In this document: positions 39,933 to 49,908 of the stretch, piece by piece
Numbering within the stretch: the first letter of the stretch is position 1
Layout: the number at the start of each line of letters is the position of its first letter
Assembly (NCBI GenBank): GCA_040755855.1
Contig: JBFMAD010000001.1
Coordinates: 160,001 to 224,000, forward strand
Length of the DNA stretch: 64,000 bases
Reading direction: 5' to 3'
From: Planctomycetota bacterium
Lineage (GTDB): Bacteria; Planctomycetota; Brocadiia; JAADGH01
Program-made: the position numbers and the translations under genes
The notes under the pieces: model-generated
Seen by the model: the letters and a program-made list of their open reading frames with translations, nothing else
Database searches by the model: none
Told to the model about the DNA's origin: nothing

Positions 39933-40940
39933 ATGAGCGAATCATTCAAGGTGGCCGTCATCGGATTGAAGGGCGTGGGGACGAACCATACGAAGAAACT
40001 CGCCGCGATGGACGGCGTCGAGGTGGTCGCCGTCTGCGACATCGTCAAGGAGCGCGCCGAGCAGGTTGCGAAGGAGCACAACATCCCCCATATGTTCACC
40101 GACTACAAAGAGATGCTGAAGTCCGACTTCGACGTCCTCGTCTCGTGCACGGGACAGTACGCCCGGCGCGACCACATCGTTGCCGCGGCGAAGGCGGGGA
40201 AGCACCTGTTTACCGAAAAGCCCCTCGCGGCCAATCTCGAAGACGGCCAGGCCATCCGCGACGCCGTCAAGGCCGCGGGCGTGAAGTATCAGATCGGCTT
40301 CCAGCTCCGATGCTCCGAGTACGGCCGGGCGCTGAAGACCGTCGTCGGTTCCGGCGCGCTGGGCGACCTGGTTTACTGTTGGAGCCATCGGAACATGCCG
40401 GCGAACCACTATGTCGGTCCCGACGGCAAGCCAAGTTGGTATGGCATCCAGGAGAAGAGCGGCGGCATAGCCGGCGACTTCAGCCCCCACGACATTGACC
40501 TCATGCGCTGGTTCTGCGGCGACGTGAAGGAGGTCTATGCCCGCCTGCACCGCGCGCGGTTCGAGGGCGCCGACGACAACGTCTGGGCGATTTTCACTTT
40601 TGCGAATGGCGCCACCGGCTCCCTCGGCGACAGCTTCACCAATACCTTCGGCCAGAGCTTCATCGGCGTCTGCGGCACGAAGGGGACCGTGGCCTACGAC
40701 CACACGGGCAAGGTCCGCGTCAAGCTCTGGGGCGACAAGGAGTTCTCGGAGCCGGAGAAGTACGGAGACGTCACACGCGGCGGTCGGATCGAGCACCACG
40801 AGTGCTTCTTCCACGACCTCCGCGAGGGCCGCGAGCCGTCGCCGAACCTCGACGACGGCTACGCCGTCCTCCAGATCTCGGTCGCCATCCAGCGCTCCGC
40901 TGCCTCGGGACAGCCGGTGCGGATTGCGGATGTCGGGTAG
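39933..40940 (+). CDS. Gfo/Idh/MocA family oxidoreductase
   Basis: KVAVIGLKGVG, GKHLFTEKP, GGIAGDFSPHDID. Confidence 0.92.
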   Translation: MSESFKVAVIGLKGVGTNHTKKLAAMDGVEVVAVCDIVKERAEQVAKEHNIPHMFTDYKEMLKSDFDVLVSCTGQYARRDHIVAAAKAGKHLFTEKPLAANLEDGQAIRDAVKAAGVKYQIGFQLRCSEYGRALKTVVGSGALGDLVYCWSHRNMPANHYVGPDGKPSWYGIQEKSGGIAGDFSPHDIDLMRWFCGDVKEVYARLHRARFEGADDNVWAIFTFANGATGSLGDSFTNTFGQSFIGVCGTKGTVAYDHTGKVRVKLWGDKEFSEPEKYGDVTRGGRIEHHECFFHDLREGREPSPNLDDGYAVLQISVAIQRSAASGQPVRIADVG

Positions 40941-40988
40941 TCGGTTGCATCAGGTCCTGGTCCTCAGAGGGAGGCAACGCAAGAAACC

Positions 40989-41453
40989 ATGCCCACGCTC
41001 GAGCAGAATGACGACGGTGTGGCGTCAACCGTCGAGACGGTGATGAGTACGCTGCGGGTCGCCGCCACGATCTTAGGGATCATCGCGATTGTGATCGGTC
41101 TGCTCTACGCCATCAAGGTATTTGGCGCGGCGTTTGGCGCCTTGCAGGACCCGGACACCATTGCCCCCCTCCTGACGAAATGGCAATCTGCGGTCGGCGG
41201 CAATGGGCTGACGGTCATCATTCAGGAAAAGACCTATCCCATCGCGCCGTTCCTCGCCGTGGCGGTCCTGGGTGTCGGCGCGATTCTACTCGGCTGGATC
41301 GCCCTGGGCATCATGCTGGCCGGGGCAAAGATCGTCTCGTGGACCGCCGGCGACCGCGAGGCCGTCAAGCGAATCCTCGCCCATGCCCTCGGGTCGCAGG
41401 GAACCAAAGCAATCAAGACAGAATCAGGGCGAGACAAATCCGAAAGCGCCTAA
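40989..41453 (+). CDS. small two-TM membrane protein
   Basis: GGAGG RBS; two hydrophobic segments. Confidence 0.65.
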   Translation: MPTLEQNDDGVASTVETVMSTLRVAATILGIIAIVIGLLYAIKVFGAAFGALQDPDTIAPLLTKWQSAVGGNGLTVIIQEKTYPIAPFLAVAVLGVGAILLGWIALGIMLAGAKIVSWTAGDREAVKRILAHALGSQGTKAIKTESGRDKSESA

Positions 41454-41478
41454 AAGGAATTACGACAGCCCACAGCTT

Positions 41479-42558
41479 TCAATCGCTCACCACCTTCAGC
41501 ACCTCGTCGGCCTGGGCGGGCGTATGGATGTTTATGCCGATGATGAACTTCTTGAGCTTCGGGCCGAACTCCCGCTTCAAGACCTTCAGGCTGTCTATGC
41601 CCGGCGCGCCGAGGACGACTATGCGCTTGCCGGCCTCGACCGTCTTGTGGTAGAGCGGCCACCATTTCTTGTCCGCCACCCCCGCCGCCCCCGCCCCGGG
41701 CGTCCACTGGAGCGCCGTCAGTCCGGGGATGGAGAGAAGATGGTCGTGATGCGGGATCGCCCCCGGCCCATCCCAGTGATACATGCAGTAGTCAACACCC
41801 ACGCAGATTTCGTTGAGCACGGGGACCATGAAGTCGCCGAACATCGCCGGCGAGATCATGGCCGAGAAGTCGCACTGGAACTTCGCCATCCGCCCCGGCG
41901 CCCACGACCAAAAGTGGCTGCCGCAGCGGTCGTCTTTGATGAGGTCGTAGATGACATCATAGTAGTCGAAGTATCGCTTGCTGATCCGGTCGAGGCAGTC
42001 GCGCACCCACTCGGGCCGCTCGATGAGGTCCATGAGCAGCGGCTCCGTCCCTCTCATGCCGGCAAGCGTGTCCAGTCCCTCGATGAGGTCCGGGAAGCGG
42101 ACGAGGAACTTGCCCTTGCCAATGCGCAACTGCTCCTTGACCAGTCGGAGCGTGAAGTCCCAGTAGAAGTTTTTGGGATCAACCTCGAACCGCGCCGCCT
42201 CCGGCTCGGTGATGCACGGCTCAAACCAGACCGTCCCCGGCTGCTCGACGCCCCTGCATCCGAGGTAGAGGGCGAGGCAGTTTGGGCCGAGACATGGAGA
42301 GACGGCGGGCATCGCCTCGGCGATGTAGTGGGTATTGATGCACTCGCGGGCCGCAAGGTTGACGCGATAGTCGAAGTTGCTCGTCGAGTAATGCGTCACC
42401 CATCCCTCCGGCTGGGGCATGGCCGGGATGTCCTTGATCGGCTTGTCCCGTTTGGCCGTGATCTGCATGACGGGCCGACCTATGTCCTCGCCGCGCCACC
42501 ACGCGGTTAGCCGATCCCGGGCCGCATCGAAATCGTCTTTGTATAGTAGGTTAGTCAC
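41479..42558 (-). CDS. uroporphyrinogen decarboxylase/MT2-like TIM-barrel protein
   Basis: LAGMRGTEPLLMDL, QCDFSAMISPAMF, YHWDGPGAIPHH, QWTPGAG. Confidence 0.75.
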   Translation of the reverse strand: MTNLLYKDDFDAARDRLTAWWRGEDIGRPVMQITAKRDKPIKDIPAMPQPEGWVTHYSTSNFDYRVNLAARECINTHYIAEAMPAVSPCLGPNCLALYLGCRGVEQPGTVWFEPCITEPEAARFEVDPKNFYWDFTLRLVKEQLRIGKGKFLVRFPDLIEGLDTLAGMRGTEPLLMDLIERPEWVRDCLDRISKRYFDYYDVIYDLIKDDRCGSHFWSWAPGRMAKFQCDFSAMISPAMFGDFMVPVLNEICVGVDYCMYHWDGPGAIPHHDHLLSIPGLTALQWTPGAGAAGVADKKWWPLYHKTVEAGKRIVVLGAPGIDSLKVLKREFGPKLKKFIIGINIHTPAQADEVLKVVSD

Positions 42559-42596
42559 GGGTACTTCCTATATCAGTCTCTGGAGTGCACACTGGT

Positions 42597-43025
42597 TCAT
42601 GTATTACGAATGTCCGCGACCCACGCCGCGTATCCCCCAAGAGGACCGGCGGAGATCGCCTCATACAACCGCCGATCCGCCGTCACCATCGTCGCGTTCA
42701 GGAGGACAGCAAGGGCCACATATATGCAGTCGTAAATGCTGCGTCGGCTTTGTATTGCGATGCGATAAGCCATGTCCCGCACGGGGGTGATTGGATAAAA
42801 CTGGATTGGGCCGGCTCGGAGTATCGCGCGGGCGTCGTTTCCGTCTTTCACCGTGATCTCACCGCGGCGGATGCGTTTGCAGAACAGATTGTCCATCTCG
42901 AGCAGGAAGAAATCCGGCGCATGGAGCGAAAACGAGTCACTCAGGAGCCGACGGGCGACAACGGCGTGCGGCTCGTCGAAAAACCACTTCGCTGCGACGC
43001 TGGCGTCAACTACGTACTCCTTCAC
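42597..43025 (-). CDS. PIN-domain toxin (VapC/FitB)
   Basis: YVVDASVAAKW, E-x2-N, SIYDCIYVALA, VTAD. Confidence 0.92.
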   Translation of the reverse strand: MKEYVVDASVAAKWFFDEPHAVVARRLLSDSFSLHAPDFFLLEMDNLFCKRIRRGEITVKDGNDARAILRAGPIQFYPITPVRDMAYRIAIQSRRSIYDCIYVALAVLLNATMVTADRRLYEAISAGPLGGYAAWVADIRNT

Positions 43026-43261
43026 CGCTCTCTATCCTCGCGGATGAGCCGGGCGCTGTTGCTGAAGCGCTTGCCGTTGAATCGAAGACGGAATTCCTCG
43101 CATAACTTCCGAGCCCGGGCCATGTCCACGCGCGGAGCGTTTGCCGCCTGCACGAGGATAGTTTTGACCTCGGCTTGAAGAGAACGCCCCTCGCGCTTAG
43201 CCAGGTCCTTCAGCCGTTTGACGACCTTGGGGTCGAGGTTGCGAACGAGTATCTGCGCCAT
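43022..43261 (-). CDS. FitA-like ribbon-helix-helix antitoxin
   Basis: MAQILVRNLD...LKDLAKREGRSLQAEVKTIL; 4-nt overlap with toxin; GGAGG RBS. Confidence 0.9.
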   Translation of the reverse strand: MAQILVRNLDPKVVKRLKDLAKREGRSLQAEVKTILVQAANAPRVDMARARKLCEEFRLRFNGKRFSNSARLIREDRER

Positions 43262-43287
43262 AGCACCCTCCAAGTTAGCTCGGCATG

Positions 43288-43326
43288 TGATATCATAATG
43301 ATAGCATATGTCCGCCCCGATGTCAA
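43288..43326 (-). promoter_or_regulatory. TA promoter with overlapping autoregulatory operator
   Basis: Minus strand TTGACA-17nt-TATCAT; palindrome TGATATCA-taa-TGATAGCA (43288-43306) over the -10. Confidence 0.75.
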
Positions 43327-43336
43327 TGGCTTGCCG

Positions 43337-44125
43337 TCAAATCCGCTTCACCACCCACCTCAGCCCCTCCGTGTTCCCGATCGGGGCGTCGTGGCCGCCG
43401 CCGGGGATCTCGTCATACCGAAAGACAGGCGAATGCCTCATCTTCTCGGCGAGACGGCGAGGTTGCTCCACAGGCATGAGCGTGTCGCATGCGCCGTGGG
43501 TGAGGAAGATCGGCATCGTCAGTCGGTCAGTATGATAGATGGGGGAATGGGCGCGATAAACTTCCGGTTGATCTCCCGGCTCGCCGCCGTAGCTGTCGCG
43601 GATGGCATCGGCGACCTCCCGAAGGATGGCTTCGCTACGTTGGCGGCACCATCGGACATAGTCCGGCAGGTCCACCACCGCACCCAGCGCGACGACGGCG
43701 GCCACGTCATCGGGATGCAGGGCGGCGTAGATCATGTTGCTCGCGCCGCCCATGGACCCGCCGAAGAAGATGAACCTCTCCGCCAGCCATTCCGTCCGGG
43801 CGAACCCCAACAGATCGTGCATGTCGGCGACGGCCGATGGGGACATCCATGCGTTGTCGCGCAGATTCGGCGTGAGGACGTTCAGTCCCAGCCGTTCAAA
43901 CTCCGGCACGCGCGTCCGCCGGACGTCCTCCCTTGTGTAAAGCTGATCGGCGTGCGAACCGTGGCCGTGGATGGCGACGATCCACAGGCGGCTGTTCCTG
44001 GCCAGGCGCACGAAGGCCAAGTCGGCGAGGCCATCCACGCCGCTCTTATACTCCACCCGCAACACATCCTCCGGGATCGGCGGCTGGTTCGCGGGCGCAA
44101 CCGATACGATCTTCATCTTGTCCAT
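43337..44125 (-). CDS. alpha/beta hydrolase (S9-like esterase)
   Basis: IHGHG, GGSMGG nucleophile, THGACD, GGGHD. Confidence 0.85.
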   Translation of the reverse strand: MDKMKIVSVAPANQPPIPEDVLRVEYKSGVDGLADLAFVRLARNSRLWIVAIHGHGSHADQLYTREDVRRTRVPEFERLGLNVLTPNLRDNAWMSPSAVADMHDLLGFARTEWLAERFIFFGGSMGGASNMIYAALHPDDVAAVVALGAVVDLPDYVRWCRQRSEAILREVADAIRDSYGGEPGDQPEVYRAHSPIYHTDRLTMPIFLTHGACDTLMPVEQPRRLAEKMRHSPVFRYDEIPGGGHDAPIGNTEGLRWVVKRI

Positions 44126-44128
44126 AGC

Positions 44129-45283
44129 TCACACCCGTGGCGGGGCGATGTCCATGGGCTTGTTGCCGCCGCGAATCGAGTCCGTCGCCGCGCAGCCCAC
44201 GGCCACGGCCATGCGTCCGGCCTCGGGCGTAACATGGGGCTGCTTGCCATCGAGGATCAGGTCGAGGAAGGCCCGGCAGATCTCCGGGTCGGCCCCGCCG
44301 TGCCCGCCTTTCGCGGGGCCGATGTCATACGTTGCAGTGGCGAAGCGCGCACGGGCGCGGGCCTTGGTGGAATTCGCCTTCTGCGTCTTGACCGTGAGCT
44401 TGTTGCCGGTCAGCTCGGCCATGCCGTCGCCGCCGATGACGAGATAGTTGCGCGTCGTCTCCGTGGCGTAGTGGCACTGCACGTAGTTCGCCCGCGCGTC
44501 GCCGAGGTCCATGAGGAGCATGGAGTGATCCTCGACATCAATGCCCTTGCGGAAGCAGCAGTTGGTCTTCCGCTCGCGCGTGCTGAACTCGGTGCATGTG
44601 TCCTTCTCTTCGCACTCCTCGCAGACGAGGTCGTCCGGCTTGTCGCCGCCGAAGTAGTCGAGCGCCCCCATGGCGACGACGCGCTTGGTGAAGCGGCCGG
44701 TGAGGAAGTGGATCATGTCAATGTCGTGGCTGGCCTTTTGCAGGAGCAGGCCGGTGGCCATGTCGGCGTTGGCGCGGTAGTCGTGGAAGTAGGCAAAACC
44801 GCCAAAGCCGACGAAGTGGCGCACCCAGACGGCCGTCACCTTGCCGAGCTGGCCGGAGTCAATGATTTGCTTGAGGGCAAGGAAGTCGTCCATATAGCGC
44901 ATGTTCATACCGACCATGAGATGCCTGCCGGAGCGCTTCCACGCCCGGAGCATGGCGTCGCAGTCAGCGGTCTTGATAGCCATGGGCTTTTCGCAATAGA
45001 CGTGCTTGCCGGCCTCGAGCGCGGCGATAGTCGGCTCGGCGTGGAGGTAGTCTGGGGTGAAGACGCCGACGGCGTCAATGTCGTCCCGCTCAACGAGGCG
45101 CCGCCAGTCGTTGGTCACCCACGGATTGTTTTGGGCATATTGCTTGCGGAAGCGGTCAATGAACATCCAACTGATGTCCGCGCCGGCGACGATCTTCGCC
45201 CGGCCGTCCTTGTCCCAGTTCTCCGCCATTGCCGCGCGGTGCGCGACGCCGACCAGGCCGATTCGAATGCAGTCCTTACTCAT
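44129..45283 (-). CDS. Gfo/Idh/MocA family oxidoreductase
   Basis: IRIGLVG, TPDYLH, GKHVYCEKP, LLQKASHDID. Confidence 0.92.
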   Translation of the reverse strand: MSKDCIRIGLVGVAHRAAMAENWDKDGRAKIVAGADISWMFIDRFRKQYAQNNPWVTNDWRRLVERDDIDAVGVFTPDYLHAEPTIAALEAGKHVYCEKPMAIKTADCDAMLRAWKRSGRHLMVGMNMRYMDDFLALKQIIDSGQLGKVTAVWVRHFVGFGGFAYFHDYRANADMATGLLLQKASHDIDMIHFLTGRFTKRVVAMGALDYFGGDKPDDLVCEECEEKDTCTEFSTRERKTNCCFRKGIDVEDHSMLLMDLGDARANYVQCHYATETTRNYLVIGGDGMAELTGNKLTVKTQKANSTKARARARFATATYDIGPAKGGHGGADPEICRAFLDLILDGKQPHVTPEAGRMAVAVGCAATDSIRGGNKPMDIAPPRV

Positions 45284-45313
45284 CAGGAGACCTCCAGAAA
45301 CGAAAACTGTGAA

Positions 45314-45396
45314 GAATGGAAGGATGGAACGTTGGAAGAATGGGATGGGGCATGCTGCGCAACCACCCCATCCTTCCAATCTTCCAATCTTCCAAC
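45314..45396. repeat. inverted array of degenerate 8-mer repeats
   Basis: GAATGGAAGGATGGAACGTTGGAAGAATGGGATGGGG ... CCCCATCCTTCCAATCTTCCAATCTTCCAAC. Confidence 0.7.
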
Positions 45397-45510
45397 CAAA
45401 CACAGCCCATCCTACCCTATCCCCCTGCCGTTTGCAACCCAACGCCGGGCAGCTCTTGACATCTCTCCCGTTCTGGGGTTTACTGTTCCGATCCGATGAA
45501 AGGAGATGGA

Positions 45511-46767
45511 ATGACCGTGCAGCTTCCCGACCGTTTTCCGCGCTACACAGAGTTCGACCCTCTCGTCCCCGTCCGGTGCGTGACGCCGGGCGAGGGGCGG
45601 ACCATCCACCGCTACTGGGACACGTCGCCCTTCAGCCCGTCGGGGCGGTGGATCGCCCTAACGCGCTTTCCCACCGAGGCCCGACTGCCGCAGCCCGGCG
45701 ACGTGGCCCAGGTCGTGCTGGTGAACCTTGAGGGCGGCGAGGAGCGCATCGTTGCCGACACTCGCGGCTGGGACACGCAGCTCGGCGCGCAGGCCCAGTG
45801 GGGGGCGAGCGACTCGGAGCTGTTCTACAACGATCTGGACACGACCACCTGGCGGCCCTTCGGCGTCAAGCTCGATCCATCCACCGGCGAGAAGAGGATA
45901 CTCGATGGGACGATCTATGCCGTGACGCTCGACGGCAAATGGGCCGTCAGCCCGTGCCTCCGGCGGACCGCCGCAACGCAGGCCGGATACGGGGTGATCG
46001 TCCCGGCGGAGCGGCGCATCTTCAACCACGGCATCGCCGCCGATGACGGAGTCTATGTCACGAACATCGAGACCGGCAAGAGCAATCTGCTCGTCTCGCT
46101 CAAGACCGTCGTCGAGACGGTAACCCCGCGCATGAATCTGTCGGAGTACGGTGGCGGCGACTTCTACGCCGCACATGTGAAGTGGAACCCGCAGGGCGAC
46201 CGGATTATGCTCGTCCTGCGCTGGATTCCCAGCGACCCGAAGGTGGACAAGAAGAAGAACATGAAGAAGCACGTGATCACGATGCGGACCGACGGGTCGG
46301 ACATCCACATGGCGATCCCAAACTCGGAGTGGGGCGTCAAAGGCGGGCATCACCCGATCTGGTGTCCCGACGGCGAGACGGTGCTTATGAACCTCGGCAT
46401 CTACGGCGGGGAGTTGCTCTTCGTTACCGCCCGGTACGACGGCGGCGACTATCATGCGTTGCACGACACGATCCCCGGCTCCGGCCACCCGAGCCTGCAC
46501 CCGAACGGCCGCCACATTGTGACGGACACGACCCCGGACAAAGAGGGTATCAAGCGGATTCGCCTCGTGGATTTGCAGGAGGAGACAGACAAGGACATCG
46601 TGCGCATCCGGGCCGTGCCGGACTTCACCGGCCCGAAGAACGAGCTGCGCGTTGACCCGCATCCCGCGTGGGACCGGGAGTTCCGGCGCATCGCCTTCAA
46701 CGCCTGTCCCGACGGCACGCGGCGAGTGATGGTGGCAGACTTGACGAAAAGTGTTGAGAACTTGTAG
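45511..46767 (+). CDS. TolB-like beta-propeller (oligogalacturonate-lyase-like)
   Basis: SPFSPSGR, HVKWNPQG, GHHPIW, GHPSLHPNG, RVDPHPAW; AAGGAG RBS. Confidence 0.7.
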   Translation: MTVQLPDRFPRYTEFDPLVPVRCVTPGEGRTIHRYWDTSPFSPSGRWIALTRFPTEARLPQPGDVAQVVLVNLEGGEERIVADTRGWDTQLGAQAQWGASDSELFYNDLDTTTWRPFGVKLDPSTGEKRILDGTIYAVTLDGKWAVSPCLRRTAATQAGYGVIVPAERRIFNHGIAADDGVYVTNIETGKSNLLVSLKTVVETVTPRMNLSEYGGGDFYAAHVKWNPQGDRIMLVLRWIPSDPKVDKKKNMKKHVITMRTDGSDIHMAIPNSEWGVKGGHHPIWCPDGETVLMNLGIYGGELLFVTARYDGGDYHALHDTIPGSGHPSLHPNGRHIVTDTTPDKEGIKRIRLVDLQEETDKDIVRIRAVPDFTGPKNELRVDPHPAWDREFRRIAFNACPDGTRRVMVADLTKSVENL

Positions 46768-46780
46768 AGGGAGTTGCCAA

Positions 46781-48991
46781 ATGTTCAGAATGATCGGCCC
46801 ATTCGCGCTGATGACACTGCCCGCGCTCTTGATGTGCTGTGCGCGGATTCACGCCGCCGAGGGCGAGCCGGGCATCTCCAATGTCACGGTGAATACGAAG
46901 ACCGTGCCGCGCTATGAGAAATTTGAGATCACGTTCAACGCTACGGGGAAGTGGTCGAACCCGTTCGATCCCGACAAGGTGGCTATAGATGGGATGTTTG
47001 TCACGCCGGACGGCAAAGCCATAATCATGCCCGCCTTCTATTTCCAGGACTTCCAACGGGCGTTCATCAACGGGTATGAGAAGCTGACGCCTCTGGGCGA
47101 GCCGGTCTGGAAGGTGCGCTTCTGCCCCACCGCGCCGGGGACACATCGTTTCAAGCTCCGCCTCGCGAGCGCGGGCAAAACAGTCGAGACGGAGGAGCAG
47201 GCCTTCGAGTGCACGGACAACGGGAACAAGCACGGCTTCCTTCGCGTGGCGAAGGAGAACCCGCACTACTTCCGGTTCGACGACGACACGCCCTTCTTCG
47301 CCGTCGGGATGAACGTTGCCACCCTGGCAAACCTTGGCACAGGAGACGGCAGTAAATGGTACGCGAGCCTGGCCCGAACGGGTGGAAATCTCGTGCGGTC
47401 GTGGTGGTGCGCCGCCCACACGGACCTCGAGAGCCAGGTTTCCGATCACCCTCAGCAAGGATTAGGCAAATATAAGCTCAGCTCGGCCTGGCGGATTGAC
47501 TGCCTGGTGGAGATGGCCGAGGAACTTGACATCTACATCATGGCCTGCCTGGAGACGCAGCAGTACCTTCGACGCGAGTGCTGGTGGCCAAAGTTCACCT
47601 ACAACGCGGCCAACGGCGGGCCGGTGAAGTTGCCCGCGGATTTTTTTGTGAATCAGGAATGCGACAAGTACTTCCAGAAACGGCTGCGCTACATCGTCGC
47701 GCGGTGGTCCTACTCGACGGCTATCTTCTCGTGGCAGTTCTGGAACGAGGTCAGCGCGTGCAACGATTACCATAATACAAATGCGGCGAAGTGGCACGAG
47801 CGCATGGGGCGGTATCTGCGCTCCATTGATCCCTACCAACACATCATCCACACGAACTACGGCAACATGGACGGCTACAAGGAGGTGGACAGCCTGCCGG
47901 AGACGGAGGTCGTCTCCACAAACATTTACTCCCGCCGCGACATGGGGCAGACGTCCGCGTGGTATACGCGGGTGATGACCTCTCGATACAACAAGCCGTA
48001 TCTGATGACCGAGTACGGGCCGGGGCACCACGGCAAGTGGATTCGCGAGGACCCAAAGGGCGTGATCGTGCACAACGGCCTGTGGGGGGCGGTGATGTCC
48101 GGCAGCGCGGGGACGGGCCTGCCGTGGGGCTGGAGCAACTGGATTGACCCGCAGAACATGTATCACTACTGGAAGCCGGCGGCCGACGTGACGCGGGACA
48201 TTCCGTTCCACAAGCGACAGTGGAAGGCCGTGACTGTGGAAAAACTCGCCTTCAAGGATGCGGGAAAGCCGCCATATTACGCAGGCGCGTTTTTCGAGGG
48301 CTGGCCGCGCAACTTCAGTTACACGTGGGTCGAGAAGCCGCTGCCGACGAAGTTCCGTGTGCTGCCCGACGGCGAGGTGGAGAATGCCGAGAGCTTCAAC
48401 GCCGTGCTTCAGGAGAAGGGGGCTCACGCCTTCTCGATGGATTTCCCCGTTGATGGGGAGTTTGTCGTTCACATTCCCGAAATATCCGAAGGGGGGAAGC
48501 CCGTCCTTCACATCACCGTTGACGATAAGAAGGCCCTCCAGCAGCCGTTGCCGCGCGACACAGAAGACCCGTGGTCCTACTGGAAACACTATCCGGTCGC
48601 CGTAAAGGCGGGCCATCATGAGATCGAGGTCTTGAACACAGGAACGGGGCAGATACTGACGGCCTACGAGCTGACGAAGTTCATCCGCCGCGAGGGGCCG
48701 GACTTGGATGTGATGGGGATCCAGACCGACGACATCCTGCTCATCTGGACGCGCAACCCGCAGTTCATCTGGATCTACGACAAGGAGGGGCGAAAGCTGG
48801 AGGAGCAGGAGGCAGGTATCCTGACATTGAAGGACGTCCCCGACGGACAGTATTCGGTAACATGGTGTGAGACGACGACGGGGGAAGTCCTGGCGCGGCA
48901 GGCAGCGAAGTCGAACGGAGGGCGGTTGACGTTAGCCACCCCTCCGATCACCCGCAGCGCCGTGGCAAAGTTGTGGAAAACCATGCCGTAA
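46781..48991 (+). CDS. DUF5060-domain clan GH-A glycoside hydrolase
   Basis: Signal peptide, NPFDP, WKVRFCP, RYIVARW, WQFWNEV acid/base, YLMTEYG nucleophile. Confidence 0.8.
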   Translation: MFRMIGPFALMTLPALLMCCARIHAAEGEPGISNVTVNTKTVPRYEKFEITFNATGKWSNPFDPDKVAIDGMFVTPDGKAIIMPAFYFQDFQRAFINGYEKLTPLGEPVWKVRFCPTAPGTHRFKLRLASAGKTVETEEQAFECTDNGNKHGFLRVAKENPHYFRFDDDTPFFAVGMNVATLANLGTGDGSKWYASLARTGGNLVRSWWCAAHTDLESQVSDHPQQGLGKYKLSSAWRIDCLVEMAEELDIYIMACLETQQYLRRECWWPKFTYNAANGGPVKLPADFFVNQECDKYFQKRLRYIVARWSYSTAIFSWQFWNEVSACNDYHNTNAAKWHERMGRYLRSIDPYQHIIHTNYGNMDGYKEVDSLPETEVVSTNIYSRRDMGQTSAWYTRVMTSRYNKPYLMTEYGPGHHGKWIREDPKGVIVHNGLWGAVMSGSAGTGLPWGWSNWIDPQNMYHYWKPAADVTRDIPFHKRQWKAVTVEKLAFKDAGKPPYYAGAFFEGWPRNFSYTWVEKPLPTKFRVLPDGEVENAESFNAVLQEKGAHAFSMDFPVDGEFVVHIPEISEGGKPVLHITVDDKKALQQPLPRDTEDPWSYWKHYPVAVKAGHHEIEVLNTGTGQILTAYELTKFIRREGPDLDVMGIQTDDILLIWTRNPQFIWIYDKEGRKLEEQEAGILTLKDVPDGQYSVTWCETTTGEVLARQAAKSNGGRLTLATPPITRSAVAKLWKTMP

Positions 48992-49010
48992 TGGTATAAT
49001 CAGAGGATAG

Positions 49011-49040
49011 ACCTCCCGGAGGTCGGAACCTCCGGGAGGT
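49011..49040. repeat. 30-bp palindromic element, copy 2
   Basis: ACCTCCCGGAGG-tcggaa-CCTCCGGGAGGT, 10 nt after TGGTATAAT (48992-49000). Confidence 0.85.
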
Positions 49041-49075
49041 TGGAACTAAGGACTGAGTAGAAAGAGGTATTACAC

Positions 49076-49864
49076 ATGCTTCCAACGGTGGACTTTTGCG
49101 GATTGAAAGTGACGCGGCTGATCATCGGCGCGAACCCCTTCGGCGGGTTCAGCCATCAGAACAAGGAACGCGATCAGGAGATGGTCAAGTATTACACGCC
49201 TGAGCGAATCCAGGAGACGTGGGGGCGCGCGAAGGCGGCGGGGATCAACACGATGATCACCAACAACCACTCGCCGAACGTCATGCAGGCGCTGAAGGAT
49301 TACCTGGCGAAGGGCGGCCCGCTCCAGTGGATCGGGCAGATCAGTTGCTGGAAAGAGGTCCACGGCAGCATGTTCGATGCGGTGGACGAGGCGGTGGCGC
49401 TCGGCGCCAAAGCGTTTTACTTCCACGGCGGGGTGGTGGACGACCTCTATGTAAAACAGGATGAGAAGACGCTGCGCACCTGGGTCGAACATGCGCGAAA
49501 GTATAATATCCCGGTGGGCGTGGCCGGCCACATCCCCGATGCGCACCACTGGGTGGACAATATGAATCTGGTGGACTTCCACGTCGTGTGCTTTTTCCCC
49601 TGCGGCAGCCTGCACAGTGGCAAGGGGCACAAGTTCCGCCTGGCCGACATCCTCTCTGCCGTCCAGTGCATCCGCCGCATCCGGAAGCCCTGCATCGGCT
49701 ACAAGATCATGGGAGCGGGGCGCATTGACCCGGTGATGGCCTTTGAGTTCGCGTTTGAGAACATCAAATCCGGCGACGTGGTGAACGTCGGCATGCACCG
49801 CGGCGACAAGGATAATATAGTGGAGGAGAACGTCGAGTTGGTCCGCAGGATACTGAAAGGGTGA
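49076..49864 (+). CDS. aldo/keto reductase-like protein
   Basis: VTRLIIGANPFGGFSH, PVGVAGH, KPCIGYKIMGAGR. Confidence 0.7.
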   Translation: MLPTVDFCGLKVTRLIIGANPFGGFSHQNKERDQEMVKYYTPERIQETWGRAKAAGINTMITNNHSPNVMQALKDYLAKGGPLQWIGQISCWKEVHGSMFDAVDEAVALGAKAFYFHGGVVDDLYVKQDEKTLRTWVEHARKYNIPVGVAGHIPDAHHWVDNMNLVDFHVVCFFPCGSLHSGKGHKFRLADILSAVQCIRRIRKPCIGYKIMGAGRIDPVMAFEFAFENIKSGDVVNVGMHRGDKDNIVEENVELVRRILKG

Positions 49865-49908
49865 CGAGGGCCACATCCGACGAAAACCTTTGGAAAGGAC
49901 CCCGGACT

